Shown: positions 26,871 to 41,489, numbered from the stretch's first letter. The stretch: DNA of 64,000 nucleotides from Octopus vulgaris (GCA_951406725.2 OX597838.1:2418001-2482000); one strand, 5' to 3'. Numbers and translations are program-made. Notes: generated by a model from the sequence alone, not told the origin.

Positions 26871-27324
26871 AGATGGAATTACAGGCGGGATAGATAGATA
26901 TTTATTCAAGTTGTTTGGTTAGTCAACGAACGTGAAGAAGCGTAGTGAATATGAGTGTATAGTGTAATATATATTTAAATGTACTTCATTGTCTCGCAGC
27001 AACTCGAGTTTCATGCCAGTGTAAACTTCTATAACATGGAGTGTTATGAAACGGCGAATACCAAGGAAAAGAAATTGATTGTATACGTGTACGTGTGCGT
27101 TGCCTAGACTCTGCCTAGATTCATACGCATGTACGAAGTGTTTATATCCTGATATGTATTGAAGCTTTCCAATGTATATTTCTCAAGTAAATCATCCTCA
27201 GGGTATTTTGTGCAGCCCTTTCATTTATATATGAATATTTTATTTCTCAATGATACAGAAAGTGATCCCTTCACTCTTTTCTGTGTGCCTTGTGATATAT
27301 ATATATGTGTCTGTGTGTGTATGT

Positions 27325-27360
<36 letters not shown>

Positions 27361-27442
27361 ATAACGTTTCCTGTTACTTTTGGGTATTCCCTCGTGTATG
27401 TATATGTATATATTTATATATACATATATATATATATACATA

Positions 27443-28281
<839 letters not shown>

Positions 28282-28287
28282 ATTATA

Positions 28288-28425
28288 TTTTACTTCTTCC
28301 AGTTATAGGACTGCGGCCATGCTGGGTATAATAGAAGACACTTGCCTAAGGTGCCACACACACGCAGTGGGACTGAGCCCGGAACCATGTAGTTGAGAAA
28401 CAATCATCTTAGCACATAGTCATGT
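28288..28425 (-). mobile_element. SINE family A, internally deleted (head fused to tail)
   Basis: The tail GACTGCGGCCATGCTGG is joined almost directly to the head TAGAAGACACTTGCC...GCAGTGGGACTGAGCCCGGAACCATG. Confidence 0.8.
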
Positions 28426-29626
28426 AACATTACTATTAATAGTTTCCTCAAAACAATTCCTTAGGTTATCTTCTGTCATCCATGTTTTTTGAGTTACTTA
28501 AATACAAAAGGATGAAAATCTGTTTATTACAGTATTTAAATTACATCACGTTTTCCTTTTTATATTTTTGTTTTTGCTATTTTCTCTTTTTTTTTCAAAC
28601 GGTTTTAATCGACTTTGGTATATGTACAGTGTATATATTGGTATGTTCTTATATTTTTCTATGTGATTTGCTGTGTGTTTACATATAGTAAATGATATAA
28701 CGCAGTGTTTTTATCTAAGTATATTTATTTAAATAGCGTATTTATCTAAGCGGTTTAATATATGCCTGTCTGTATAATATGTTTATGTTTGGTTGTAGTG
28801 ATGATATCCACTTGTATCGCTCTGGTGAGGTTGCAAGTTAGTAGTTACTGAATGTATTTACTGAAGAAGAGATGTCACTCTAACTTTATTACTAATAATA
28901 CTTGAAGAGACATCTTACAGAGATATGGCTTCGATTTTATTGTCACCCCATTGGAATAGCCTCGTATTTCATTGTTGCTATCAAATAATTTATTAAACAA
29001 ATACGAAAAATATCTCCTTTTTTATTTCTAATTAATCTAAACAATGTATTTAGAGAGAAAATACAAAACGAAAATAAAACTTAAAAAAGGAATTCTGTCT
29101 TCTGTTGAGACTTCGTGTTAGTCTCATTGCTAAGTAGTTGAGTTTCTTTTTAAAATAAACCACGCATATGGAGACGTGAATATATTAATTCTGTGTGACT
29201 ATCTAATAATTTGCTTTGATGTTATTATTATAAATTAAATAACACATCTACGGTGTAAAGTCTAGAGAAAGCACTTGATTCCTTATACGTTGGCCTTTTT
29301 GTCTGAGAGTCGCGTCGCCATTTAATGATATTGGCTAAATTATTATCGTCGTTATTAGTATAATGCACTCCCAAGAAAATCTTTCGCTTTTTGAAACTTG
29401 TGACCTGATCTAGAATATAGATTGCAATTAGAAGTGAGAAGTGTCTGCGGCCAAATCTAGCCCCAATGAATAATTCATGAAGATGCGAATGATGTTTTAA
29501 GTTCAGGTCCTCTCAGTATTATGGCTTGCGTTATTTATTCCTTTATTGTTTCATCTTTCAATGTTTTCAGCCAGAGGCTGGGGCCTTGCTGGACCACCGC
29601 CTTTCAAACAAAAAAAGTATCACCTG

Positions 29627-29699
29627 AGGCTCCAGCGAGGTTTGAACTCATGAACTTCTGCGTATTATGCAGATGTGATAACCACTAAACCACGGAATC
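29627..29699 (-). pseudogene. tRNA-Val-derived pseudogene (73 nt, anticodon now AAT)
   Basis: GATTCCGTGGTTTAGTGGTTATCACATCTGCATAATACGCAGAAGTTCATGAGTTCAAACCTCGCTGGAGCCT has the metazoan tRNA-Val body (AGTGGTTATCAC, TCTGC/GCAGA anticodon stem) with canonical spacing. There are mismatches A2:C71, T12:C23 and A49:C65, no CCA, and a T7 run about 10 nt downstream. Confidence 0.8.
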
Positions 29700-29860
29700 A
29701 GTTACAAAACAAAAGTGCATGAGACGGCGCCAGTGGTTTCAAGGTTTGGTGATTCAGAGTCAAGTGATTCAGTTAAAATGAAATTATCTCTAAGCTAAAT
29801 TGTAACCTATAATGTTATAAATGCCGTTGGTGCTGCTACTACTACTACTACTACTACTAT

Positions 29861-29919
<59 letters not shown>

Positions 29920-30061
29920 GGAAAAACATAACCCATAGAATACGTACCAGGCTTGTTCGTTTAAACTCTTCGAGGCAGTGCCCTCGGATGGCCGCAGTTT
30001 CATGACTAAAACAAGTAAAGAAATACACACACGTATGTGTGTCTGTATATATATATACACG

Positions 30062-30101
<40 letters not shown>

Positions 30102-30259
30102 CCTACATACATACATACATACATACACTCAAACACATTTATGCTATCAATATATATTGTAAATAACGGTTGCAAAGCCGCAGCGATAACAAGGTGGCGA
30201 AAGATCTACCTGAGGTGAAACTAGTAGTAACTTGGAACAGCCACTTTCATATGAAAATT

Positions 30260-30366
<107 letters not shown>

Positions 30367-30793
30367 CATGTGTTTTCCAATTTTGCATTAGTCATATGTT
30401 TTCAAAAAGCAGACGACCGATGGTAAGGCTGTTCTTGCGAAATTCGCTCTTGTCTAATGCTGACATAAACAAACTCAAAATGTTGTTTATCCCAAAACGC
30501 TGTACAAGATTTTCCGAAAATCTACTGAACAGAAAAACAATCCATTTAATGTAATTTATGTAAATTAGAACAGTATTTTTTTTTTAAAAAAAACTTGTTT
30601 TCCTGGAAAATATAAAAAATGTAAAAGTGTAAAATTTTATTTAAATAGTGTATATCTGTTTTAATTTTTGTGTAATTTTGTCTAAACCAACTTAGACGGA
30701 GCCACTGAAGTATGTCAGAAACATTTCAAATATTTATTCAAAATGACAGTAAGTTTAGATATATATCGCCTGCAGCAACGCGAGGTACAACTG

Positions 30794-30875
<82 letters not shown>

Positions 30876-31029
30876 TGTATGTGCGCGCGCCTAATGCCTT
30901 CCCTAACAAATTTCTACACACTCTGACCGAATCCCAAAAGACGTAGGTGTAAGGTAGACTTGTTGAATATATTCTATGGAATATACGCCTGTTTGTGGGT
31001 GTTTAACTAAGTATATCATAAAGAATTGG

Positions 31030-31110
31030 CCAATTAAAAGGTGTTTACGCTGGCGGTGCACCAGCATGGCCACAGCCTAAGGGCTGAAACATAGTAAAGA
31101 ATAAAAGAAT
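31030..31110 (+). mobile_element. SINE family A 3' tail fragment (similar fragments at 29560-29605 -, 29960-30022 +, 51015-51060 +)
   Basis: GGCGGTGCACCAGCATGGCCACAGCC...CTGAAACATAGTAAAGAATAAAAG. Confidence 0.7.
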
Positions 31111-31381
31111 ATATATATAAATGTGTATATATATATATATATATAGAAAGAGAGAGAGAGAGAGAGACGGACGGACAAACGGACAGACTGGTAGTTAGAT
31201 AGACGTAGATGAAGTCAGCTATTTCCCTAATCGGCGTTGAGTACAGTCGACCTTTAGATAAGGCTACTTAATCTTGTTTAGCTTCGACGTGACACAAACA
31301 CCGCAGACATTACATGGTTCTAAAACACCTGTTTATAGCACATTACTGTTTATGTACGACAACCTACACTGCAGTAATATA

Positions 31382-31459
<78 letters not shown>

Positions 31460-31601
31460 TATACGTTTGTGTGTATGTGTGTGTGTGCGTGCGTATGTGT
31501 CAGTTCGTGCATGTAAGAATGTATATGTATATGTTCATGGGATGAATGCATACATATATGAACACACACACATACGCACATATATATCTATACATGCATA
31601 C

Positions 31602-31650
<49 letters not shown>

Positions 31651-31904
31651 TGTCTATATATATATATATGTATATATATATACGTACATATATATTATAG
31701 ATACATATATCTCGATATAAGCATGAGTACATAAGAGTTATATGTATATATGTATGTAGATATACATATGTGTGTCTGTGTGTATGCGCGTATGTATTTA
31801 TGTATGTATATATATGTATATATATATATATATATACATACATATATGTTTCAAATCCAAAAGATAAATCGAAGGAGATTGGTGGATAGAGAGTCAGTAA
31901 GTTA

Positions 31905-32117
<213 letters not shown>

Positions 32118-32704
32118 CTTATATGCTGGACGCTACACATCAAGTGATTGACAATTACACAGGAAAAAAATTCCGTTTATTTGCCATTTTAACGTCGCCG
32201 AAATGTCGGTGCCATCGCGATATGCTGATTTACATTTCCGATATCTCAATTCTTTGGGGGACAGTTCTTAATCAAATCACAAACAATAGATGCTGTAGCA
32301 GTTTGTAGACAGATGACAAATATTTAGGACGGAGTAGGCATGGAAAGGTTGACCCGTTTGTCAGCAGTATTTTCTGTCATGTCGTTTAATGTCGGATGTC
32401 TATGATATGGATCTGAATGGATCATTGCTTAAGCTAAGGAGAAAGAGAAAGAGTTAATATCGAAACAGACGGTGGGTCAGGGTTTGAAACTGATTGGAAA
32501 GTAAACGTGGATGGTTTTGTGGTATTCTCATTGGTCGACACCGATTAAAAACACCTCTCAATGAAGGGGTTCCAACCGTGATTTTCATGCCTTTTTTTAA
32601 ATATTCAATATGAAATATCTTGGTCTACAATATATAAGGCATCCTTCCATTAAATTGGAGTAATTTGAGGAAGGTTTTGAATTTATTTCTAATAAATCTG
32701 TTAG

Positions 32705-32864
32705 CCATGGTTTCAATTTTGACTATTCTGAGTTCAAATTCTGTCGAGGTCGACTTTCATTCTTTCGGGAAGGATAAATTAAGTACCAGTGAAACACGGG
32801 GGTTGTTGTAATCCCCTTGCCCCAAATTTCAGGCCTTGTGCCTATAGTAGAAAGGATTATTATC

Positions 32865-32904
<40 letters not shown>

Positions 32905-33355
32905 CTATTATTATTATTATTATTATCATTAAAATGCACTCAGTTGGCAGAATCGTTTTTACGACGAGCAAAATGCTAAGCACCATTTCGTCCAACTTTA
33001 TGTTCTGAGTCCAAATTGTTGTTTTGTTATTGTTGTTGATGCTGTTAAGATGGTGTATTGGCTGAATCATTAAAACATTGGAAAAGGCTGTGAAGCTTTG
33101 TTCCGAATACTCAATTTCTGAGTTCAAATCCTACTGGGGTTAACTTCAACATTCGTCCCTCTGAATTCGAAAAAAATGAGGAACCTGTTAAACACGGGAC
33201 TCATTGGGGTAGACTAACCTCCACTCCTCAAAATTACCGGCCTTGTAATTAAATTGGGAGCCATTATATAAGGGTGATGGTTTGCCAGAATAGTTAGAGA
33301 GTCGGACTAAATACTTAGTGGTAAATTTTCCGGCTCTTCATTTTCTGAGTTCAAA
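32705..33355 (+). mobile_element. Cluster of four SINE family B pieces (32705-32865, 32930-33015, 33050-33270, 33272-33355) around a (TTA/TCA)n tract
   Basis: Repeated TTCTGAGTTCAAAT and (G/C)CAGAAT(C/A)GTT motifs, plus GATAAATTAAGTACCAG in the first piece. Confidence 0.8.
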
Positions 33356-34018
33356 ATTAAAAATAAATCAGTAGAGTTTGTTAGATTTCAATTTTCCTAG
33401 ATACAAAAAACTCGTAAGTGTAACGATAACTTTTCAACACAGTGTATCAAGTTTCTAAAGCCAACACAGAACAACAACACTTCAATAGACGAGAAACGGT
33501 TTCAGATACTGTGTTGGAGGAAATGTATTTTGTCTATAGTCATATATTTTATGTAAGAGTCAAGACGAGTTGATTTATTTTCTAGTGAAAAAAAAATATA
33601 CAATATCAGAAATATCAACAAAATTTTCTTTAAAATATGTGAGAATCTTTGGGAAAATTTATCATTTTTTATAAAAATATTCCTATCTTCTAAACGAAAT
33701 TCTACAAACTAATTTTTAAGGTATTTCTGAAGATTGTGGAAAAAGCAATTCATTATTTTCCGGAAATATTGACAACGATCTAGATTTAAAAGAAAAAAAA
33801 CATTTTCTGTGAGATTTTGCCAGAAACACTTGGAAAATTTCAGCAGATGCTCAAAAACACTTTCCACACCTCAAATATATCATCAGAATTTCTGCATAGA
33901 CGATTCCTTAATTTTGGGGGACGAGAAATATCTACTTCTGATTCTACATACAGATAACAAATTGAAACTGATGGGCCGGAGTTGGGGAGAATATTTATCT
34001 GAAAATTTTACAGAAGGT

Positions 34019-34185
34019 ACACGCAGAAGTGGCCACGTGGTAAGAAGTTTGTTACGCAGCAACATGCTTCCGGTTTCAGTTCTACTGCGTGGCACCGTGG
34101 GTAGGTGCCTTCACCAACAGCCTCAGGCCGACCAAAGACTTGTGGGTGAATTTGGAATATAGGAAACTGACAAAAGCTCGTCCTC
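34019..34185 (+). mobile_element. SINE family A, 5' half (a degraded 3' half lies at 34650-34775)
   Basis: CGCAGAAGTGGCCACGTGGTAAGAAG...CTGCGTGGCACC...GGCCGACCAAAGACTTGTGGGTGAATTTGG. Confidence 0.8.
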
Positions 34186-34516
34186 TGTGTGTATGTGTGC
34201 GCGCGTATGTGTGTGTGTGCGTGTGAGTGTTTTTCTGTGTGTGTGTACGTACGTGTCGAACGATGGAATTGAATGCTCAACACTACATTGGTGGAAATAA
34301 TTTATTTATCTGTGAATTAAGGCTACCATTGGTTTCTTGCTATGAAAAGCAAATATCCTAGTGATGTTTGTCTCCCTTGGATTTACCTTTTAGGCAAATT
34401 TTTGTGCGGTCAGTTTGTTTGCATTATTTTGTTTTTGATCTGGACATCGGTTTCTTACACTTGAGTGCTGAGGTAGTTCGCCATTTGAGCATATTTCTTT
34501 GTGTTGAGTTTCTGTG

Positions 34517-34611
<95 letters not shown>

Positions 34612-35349
34612 TATATACATACATATATGTACATATGTGTGTATATGTGTGTGTCTTTGTGCCTGTGTGTGGCCTCTACCACCGGCTGACAACCGGTGCA
34701 GCTGCGTTTATGTCCAGTAGCTTTGCTCTTTGGCAAATCTAACCGATAGAATAGGGATCAGGCTTAAAACATAAAAGACAGAAAATAAAGCATTTCTACA
34801 ATGTTTCGCAAGACTGTTCATGCATTTCTTTTTCTCCACCAGAAACATTTTCGGTTTTTTTTTACAGGAAAACTCTTCCATCTGTTCCAAGAAAGCAGGC
34901 GACCAACATTTTGGTAAAAACATACTAAATATTCAGATAGACTATACAAAAGTTTTCAGGAAAGAAACGCATTTGAATGTTCAAGAAATTTTTCATTAAC
35001 GCTCATCAGATATTCATGCATGGCGCTAATCACGAAATTTCTTCCTTGTTTATATCCAATGTTTAAACCACAAAGTTCCTTTTCCAATGTTCTCAATACA
35101 TATAATGCATACGATGTTATTACTAATTCATATATGTAGTACAGGCATTATTGAATTTACGTTCTTGGTGCACTGCATTGCATCGGTAATAGGAACGGCT
35201 TGTTAGCAAGTTGGTAGGCATAGCCTCGCTTCCACTTCAGCGAGAGAAAATACGCTGGGAAAAGACAATATGCAGAGTCATACATATGCATGAAGGCTCA
35301 TTTGGCAAACGGAAACACAAATTAGAAAATGCTAATATCTTCAACCGAG

Positions 35350-35446
<97 letters not shown>

Positions 35447-35492
35447 AGGAGAAACACATATATATATATATATATATGTATAGGGAAAGAAA

Positions 35493-35544
<52 letters not shown>

Positions 35545-35807
35545 ATATATATATATACATACATGAGTATGTATAAATGTGTATGTGTGTATAAAATAGT
35601 ATGCCTTGACTATTACGAGAACTCTGAGCCGTAGCCAACGGGTGGTGGTGGTGGTGGAGGGGTTCATAGTCACCTAGCATATCACTGTCTTACCTTACTC
35701 ACCTGGCCTAATTTAAGCAGTCGATCGTTGTAATGTTACTCAGCGCAGCCATAAGGTTTAAGGAAGATGGAGGTGTTCGCATCCCAGCGGTAACGTTACG
35801 ATTTCTA

Positions 35808-36117
35808 TTTTCATCTCCTACATCGGTTTCAAATTTTGTTACAAAGCCTTCAATTTCGGGAAAAGAGATAAGTCGATCACATCGGCCCTAGTGTACCACT
35901 GGTACATATTTTATCGACCGCAAAAGGATGGAAGGTGACCTCGGCGGGATTCGAACTCAGAACGTAAAGACAGACGGAATACCGCTTAGCTTGTTTCCGG
36001 TAAGCTAAAGATTCTGCCAGTTCGCTTCGGTATATATATCCTTTTCTACTTTTCGACCTCAGTACGCAACTGGTACTTAATTTATCGACTCCGAAAGGAT
36101 GAAAAGTAAAGTCGACT
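35808..36117 (-). mobile_element. Two SINE family B copies (35808-36028 and 36037-36117)
   Basis: Plus-strand CTGGTAC...TTTATCGAC...AAAGGATG...GAC motif occurs twice; head GAACTCAGAACGTAAAGACAGACG...GATTCTGCCAGTTCGC. Confidence 0.85.
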
Positions 36118-36386
36118 ATATATGTGTACATACTGCCAATGGGATACTTTTCAAGTCACTACACAATAAATCTCGATGTGAACATCGGAATTACCAATTG
36201 CAGAAACAGCGATGCTGCTTACGTTTAGAATGCAAATATATAGAAAATACAGCATAGAACTTGAAATGCAGATATCTGAATGCCAAGGGTCTAAATATAT
36301 TTGGGATAAAATCCAATAGCAGCATAACTCCCATATTTCTCTTTCTCTAGTCACTTATTGGTATAAGTACATATATGTTTGCATGC

Positions 36387-36514
<128 letters not shown>

Positions 36515-36847
36515 CGCTGCTCTTCTGCGAAAGTGTCTTAAGTCCAGGAAACGAAAGAATAGTTTCGCCATTCCATTTCTTTTTACATTAGCAACACTTT
36601 CAGCTCAACAATAGTACTTCGTTGGGTGTATAAAATCGCAACCTCATGTATGTATGATATTTTCAGTAAAGAAATATTTTTGCAAAGCTGTCATGTGTGG
36701 GACGTATGACACTTTTAGCATCTGAAGTATCTGGAGAGACGATAGTGTCAAAGACCAAAAGAACCGGCTATTGTAAATTTAGATAATGAAAAAAAGTATC
36801 TGGCCAAAGTTGGACATACCACAGTTTTACATAATAGCAACACTATG

Positions 36848-36914
<67 letters not shown>

Positions 36915-36918
<4 letters not shown>

Positions 36919-37065
36919 AGAAGAAACAATGTACTCAGAAATTTGGATGGTTTTATATTTACAGATATTTATTAATATGTCACGTTTTTATAAATCATAT
37001 ACTAGCCCCTGAGTACCTTATTTCTTCTAATATATAATACCTGTACATCATCTCCAAACCTTCTA
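36915..37065. mobile_element. Short (TA)n-embedded element with 24-bp inverted repeats
   Basis: TATTAGAAGAAACAATGTACTCAG (36915-36938) versus CTGAGTACCTTATTTCTTCTAATA (37009-37032): 22/24 complementary. Confidence 0.55.
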
Positions 37066-37078
37066 ATATATATGTATG

Positions 37079-37112
<34 letters not shown>

Positions 37113-37113
<1 letters not shown>

Positions 37114-37562
37114 ATTAGGTTAGCAACTAAGTTCCCGCCGTTTTTTTTTAAATTAAAATTTTTTAAAAGGTTGAATAAAAAAAATAACAACTAATTAATC
37201 AAAAATGTATTCACTCTTGTTGTTTACAACTTTTTCCCAACGTTCAACAAGATTTTCAATACCTCGTTGGTAGAAATCAGCCGATTTCGACTCGAAAAAT
37301 TGATCCAACCAAGCTCTCAATTCTGCATCAGTATTGAACGAAACACCCTGCGTAGCATTTGAAAGAGATCGTAAGAGGTGGAAATCCGTTGGTGCCAAAT
37401 CAGGAGAGTACGGCGGGTGTGGCAGCACTTCCCAGCCATGCGTTTCAACGGCTTCCTTGGTCATATTGTCGATATGATGGCGGGCGTTGTCGTGCAGCAG
37501 AAGAACTCCATGCTACCGATTAGGTCTTTTCTCTTGAATAGTCGTGTTGAGTCGTTCCATCT
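37113..37562 (-). mobile_element. Mariner transposon 3' half (D,D34D-type transposase pseudogene) with TIR
   Basis: QMERLNTTIQEKRPNR*HGVLLLHDNARHH...WEVLPHPPYSPDLAPTDFHLLRSL...RWEKVVNNKSEYIFD* (ORF 37195-37464). Terminal TA-TTAGGTTAGCAACTAAGTT resembles mellifera-type mariner TIRs. Confidence 0.93.
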
Positions 37563-38083
37563 GTATGTGTGCACGAGCGTGCGTATATGCTGGACACTGG
37601 CAACGATAGCATTTCAACGAGCGTTGTCTATATCTTCAATCTATTAAATCCTCGACTGAGTAAACTGAACTATGTAGGCGTACAAAATACTAATCGGAAA
37701 CAACTGTAAGTCTATAAAGCACAAATATATAAAGCACATTTTTTACGCCTCTTCTTATTCATTATTCTATGGAACCATACCATATTGTCACTCGGTAACG
37801 CAACCATGGATTTACAATGTTGACTAATGATGGACTTCAACTTCGGATCTCACCCCAGGATTATCTTTCGTTCAGTCTTAATCACTAAACCATTTGTTAA
37901 CCTGGGCTATTCGTATTAGCAGAGAGCTTAAGAAGTATTTCTCACGGATTACTAATAACTCATTAATAAACCCATTCTTCTTATACATACATCCACACAT
38001 ACATACATACACACACACATACATCCACACATACATACATACATACACACATACATACATACATACATACATACATACATACA

Positions 38084-38119
<36 letters not shown>

Positions 38120-38209
38120 TATACGTAGATACATACATACATATATATATATTTATATCTATATATAGGCACACACACCCACACTCATACTCCCCCCACA
38201 CACACACAT

Positions 38210-38253
<44 letters not shown>

Positions 38254-38316
38254 TATTCTACACTATAGCTGATATACTTTGACTTCTGCTTTGATTTCTA
38301 CATACACACACACACA

Positions 38317-38399
<83 letters not shown>

Positions 38400-38735
38400 G
38401 AGGTTTGTGTGTCTCTGTTTGAATATACGCATCTAAATATGTTTGTGTCTGTTGTATGGATGATCAATAAATCTTTAGTCTATTTCATTAATAGATGCTG
38501 ATTTTTCATAATTCCTCCGGGAATGCCGGTAACTTGAACTTTTTGCTCCCCCGGGTCTGCCATACTTTAAAGCTCACACTTTCTCATCATCGCTTCAACT
38601 ACTAACAAGTATTAATGGAAGTGATTTACGGAGACAAATACACACACAGACACACACAAACACACACACATACACACATACACAAACACACACACATATA
38701 CAAACACACACACACACGATACTATATATATATGC

Positions 38736-38768
<33 letters not shown>

Positions 38769-38984
38769 CATATATATATATATAGATAGATAGATAGATA
38801 TGCATGTATTTACATATATTTGTGTGTGTGTGTACATATATATACAAATACATAATATATATATGTATATATACGCACACACACACGCATGTATACATAT
38901 ATGTCTGTATATATATTTATACACGTACATTATATATGTACGTGTATGGAAAATGTGTGAAGTTTATTGTTTATGTGTGTGTGT

Positions 38985-39039
<55 letters not shown>

Positions 39040-39231
39040 AATGTAACTACTGAAGAAATGTAGCTACTGACACTACCTTCTACGTATTCATACATGCAGG
39101 TCAGCTAATGGTCATGTAGTCCACACCTGGACGCCTACATTAACCTATCACCAATCACAGTGTTTCAGGTTCAATCCCGCTCCGTTTCACCAACTATGTT
39201 TTAAAATTAAAACAATAAAGAAAAATTAAAA

Positions 39232-39495
39232 CCTGGCACTTTGTCGGTTACAACGATGAAGTTACCGGTTGATTGACTGAACAGCCTGGTCGTGACCCCG
39301 AACGTGCAAATGGCTGAGTACTACATAGACACGCAGCATGCTCTGAACGTAGTCTTCGGGGAGATTTAGTATGTTGCAGGTTGTGACAAGGCTGGCCATT
39401 TAAATTACAGGTAGAACTTATTTTTCCCGCTGAGTTGCTAGTGAAGCAAACAGGTGCAACGTAAAACCAAGTGTCTTGCTGAAGGGCACAACCAG
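39232..39495 (-). mobile_element. SINE family C, degraded, lacking the head
   Basis: Plus-strand CTGGCACTTTGTCGGTTACAACGATGA...ACGTGCAAATGGCTGAGTACT...AAGTGTCTTGCTGAAGGGCACAA is the reverse complement of 24388-24680 and 50383-50685. Confidence 0.75.
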
Positions 39496-39610
39496 GGGTC
39501 AGGTACCGACCGTGGCCTTGGTATGTTTAATCGACATTATCTGTTCGAAAACTTTATATAATTGTCGGCGAAGATACTATTCAGAATATCTCTACCATCA
39601 CCAACACTAC

Positions 39611-39646
<36 letters not shown>

Positions 39647-39780
39647 TAATACTAATACTACTATTGTCAAGGATGCACGAATCGAAAACAAAATCTTAAG
39701 ATCAAGAGTGCAGCATTCTGGCTGTTAGACCACCGCCTCCACACACTATACATGAATATGTATGTATAATATATACATAT

Positions 39781-39883
<103 letters not shown>

Positions 39884-40323
39884 CGTGCGTGTATGTGTTC
39901 TATGATTTGGATTAGATATATCGATATTAATAACCAGTTGTTAGAAGCCCAGATACTGATAGAGGTATGACTCCCAGGCACGTGATTTGATGTGAGATAA
40001 ATATTACCATTTCACCAGTGCCAAGTACTGACCGATTGAACTGGCCGAACACAAAACGGGAACATTCAACAAATACCGAAAACGCCTCCCCCCTTGATGT
40101 ATTTTGGTAAGTAAAACCTTATTGCTGAAGTCTTCCTTAAAGCCGTACCTTTGAATATGTGATACGTCTCCTAAAATGGCGGCGTGTTCCATTCATCTTT
40201 TACACGGAATGGATTGGATGATTGGTGCTTAGGAATCAATCTTTATTCATTTGACCCAACTGGTATCATTGGTGGCCGTCGTCATAGCATGGCTCTTGTT
40301 TGGTGGTGGTTGTCGTCGCCGTG

Positions 40324-40332
40324 GTAGTAGTG

Positions 40333-40395
<63 letters not shown>

Positions 40396-40462
40396 ACTGC
40401 TACTACTACTACTACTACTACTGCTGCTGATGCTGCTACTGCTGCTACTACTACTACTACTA
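40324..40462. repeat. (GTA)n immediately followed by complementary (CTA/CTG)n
   Basis: Directly visible; self-complementary. Confidence 0.9.
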
Positions 40463-41301
40463 TTGTGTAGTAGCGCTGTTGGTAGTGTTGCTGGTTTAGT
40501 TCTTCTACAGTAATAACTAAAAGAAAATACTAAAAGAAACGAAATCGAAAAGTTTCGGCGCTGGAAAACAGTGTAAAACCTATCACCCTTGGGAAACGGA
40601 ACTCTAGTAATGGAAGCGCTAAATTTTTCTTGACGTTTTGATGAATATCTCAAGAATACCAACAACGGGGAAGACAGAGAGAGAAAAATGAAAGACAGCG
40701 ATAAATCTTCAGTAAACAACATCAATAGAAATGCTAATTGTGGATGTCAGTTTGGGAAATAGTTAAAATATGACCAAGCAAATATTGAAGTGTTATTAAC
40801 TCCATACATAGCGCTGATATTAGCAACAACTGACGGCTCTATAAACTTTAATGTCGTTGCAAATGGCCCCTGGTAATGTTTACTAGCGTTAGAAGCAATA
40901 TGGTTTCAGTAGAGACAAAGCAGACCCACAAGGAAGAGACGTGTTTCTCGTTTAATGATTACTCTGTGATATTTTCTTAAAATTGGTTGCGGATATCACA
41001 ACTGTCTTAGAAGACTACACAACACCAACACACACACACACATATCTCTCCTTTAACAATCAATGAGGTGTCTTTTATTTGCTGTGGTCTCTCTATTGCT
41101 GCTCTTGTCTCCAATACAACTTTCTCTTATCTAACACACTGACCAAGTCTCTGACAGCACGCAATGAACTTTGGCACAGTTCCCGATGTATCTGCCGGCT
41201 ATTCTTCAGGCTTCTCAAAAGTCAATATATATCCGTGTGCGTGTACGAGTGTGTGTGTGGGTTTACGAGTGTGTGTGTGTGTGTGTGTGTACGAGTGTGT
41301 A

Positions 41302-41341
<40 letters not shown>

Positions 41342-41362
41342 GTGTGTATATATGTGTTTCTG

Positions 41363-41452
41363 GGGCAACTGATACGAGGACAATTCATTCCCAGACAACT
41401 CATATCAGACAACTCATACCTGGACAATTGATATATAGAACACCTCATAAAA
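41363..41452. repeat. Six degenerate ~15-bp tandem units (RGACAAYTCATAYY)
   Basis: GGGCAACTGATACGA, GGACAATTCATTCCC, AGACAACTCATATC, AGACAACTCATACCT, GGACAATTGATATATA, GAACACCTCATAAAA. Confidence 0.7.
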
Positions 41453-41489
41453 GGCAGAAAGTGATAAAGATTGAATTTTGAAAGGAAAT

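Noticed and set aside
28854-28901. CTGAAGA-AGAG-ATGTCA-CTCT-AAC hammerhead-like string
   Set aside because: GAAA is missing and helix I/III are unconvincing; at most a far-decayed relic.
33560-35050. AT-rich stretches with recurring GAAAATTT/GAAATT words (also 43560-43900)
   Set aside because: I could not define a period or termini by eye; probably old transposon or satellite debris, not supportable as a feature.
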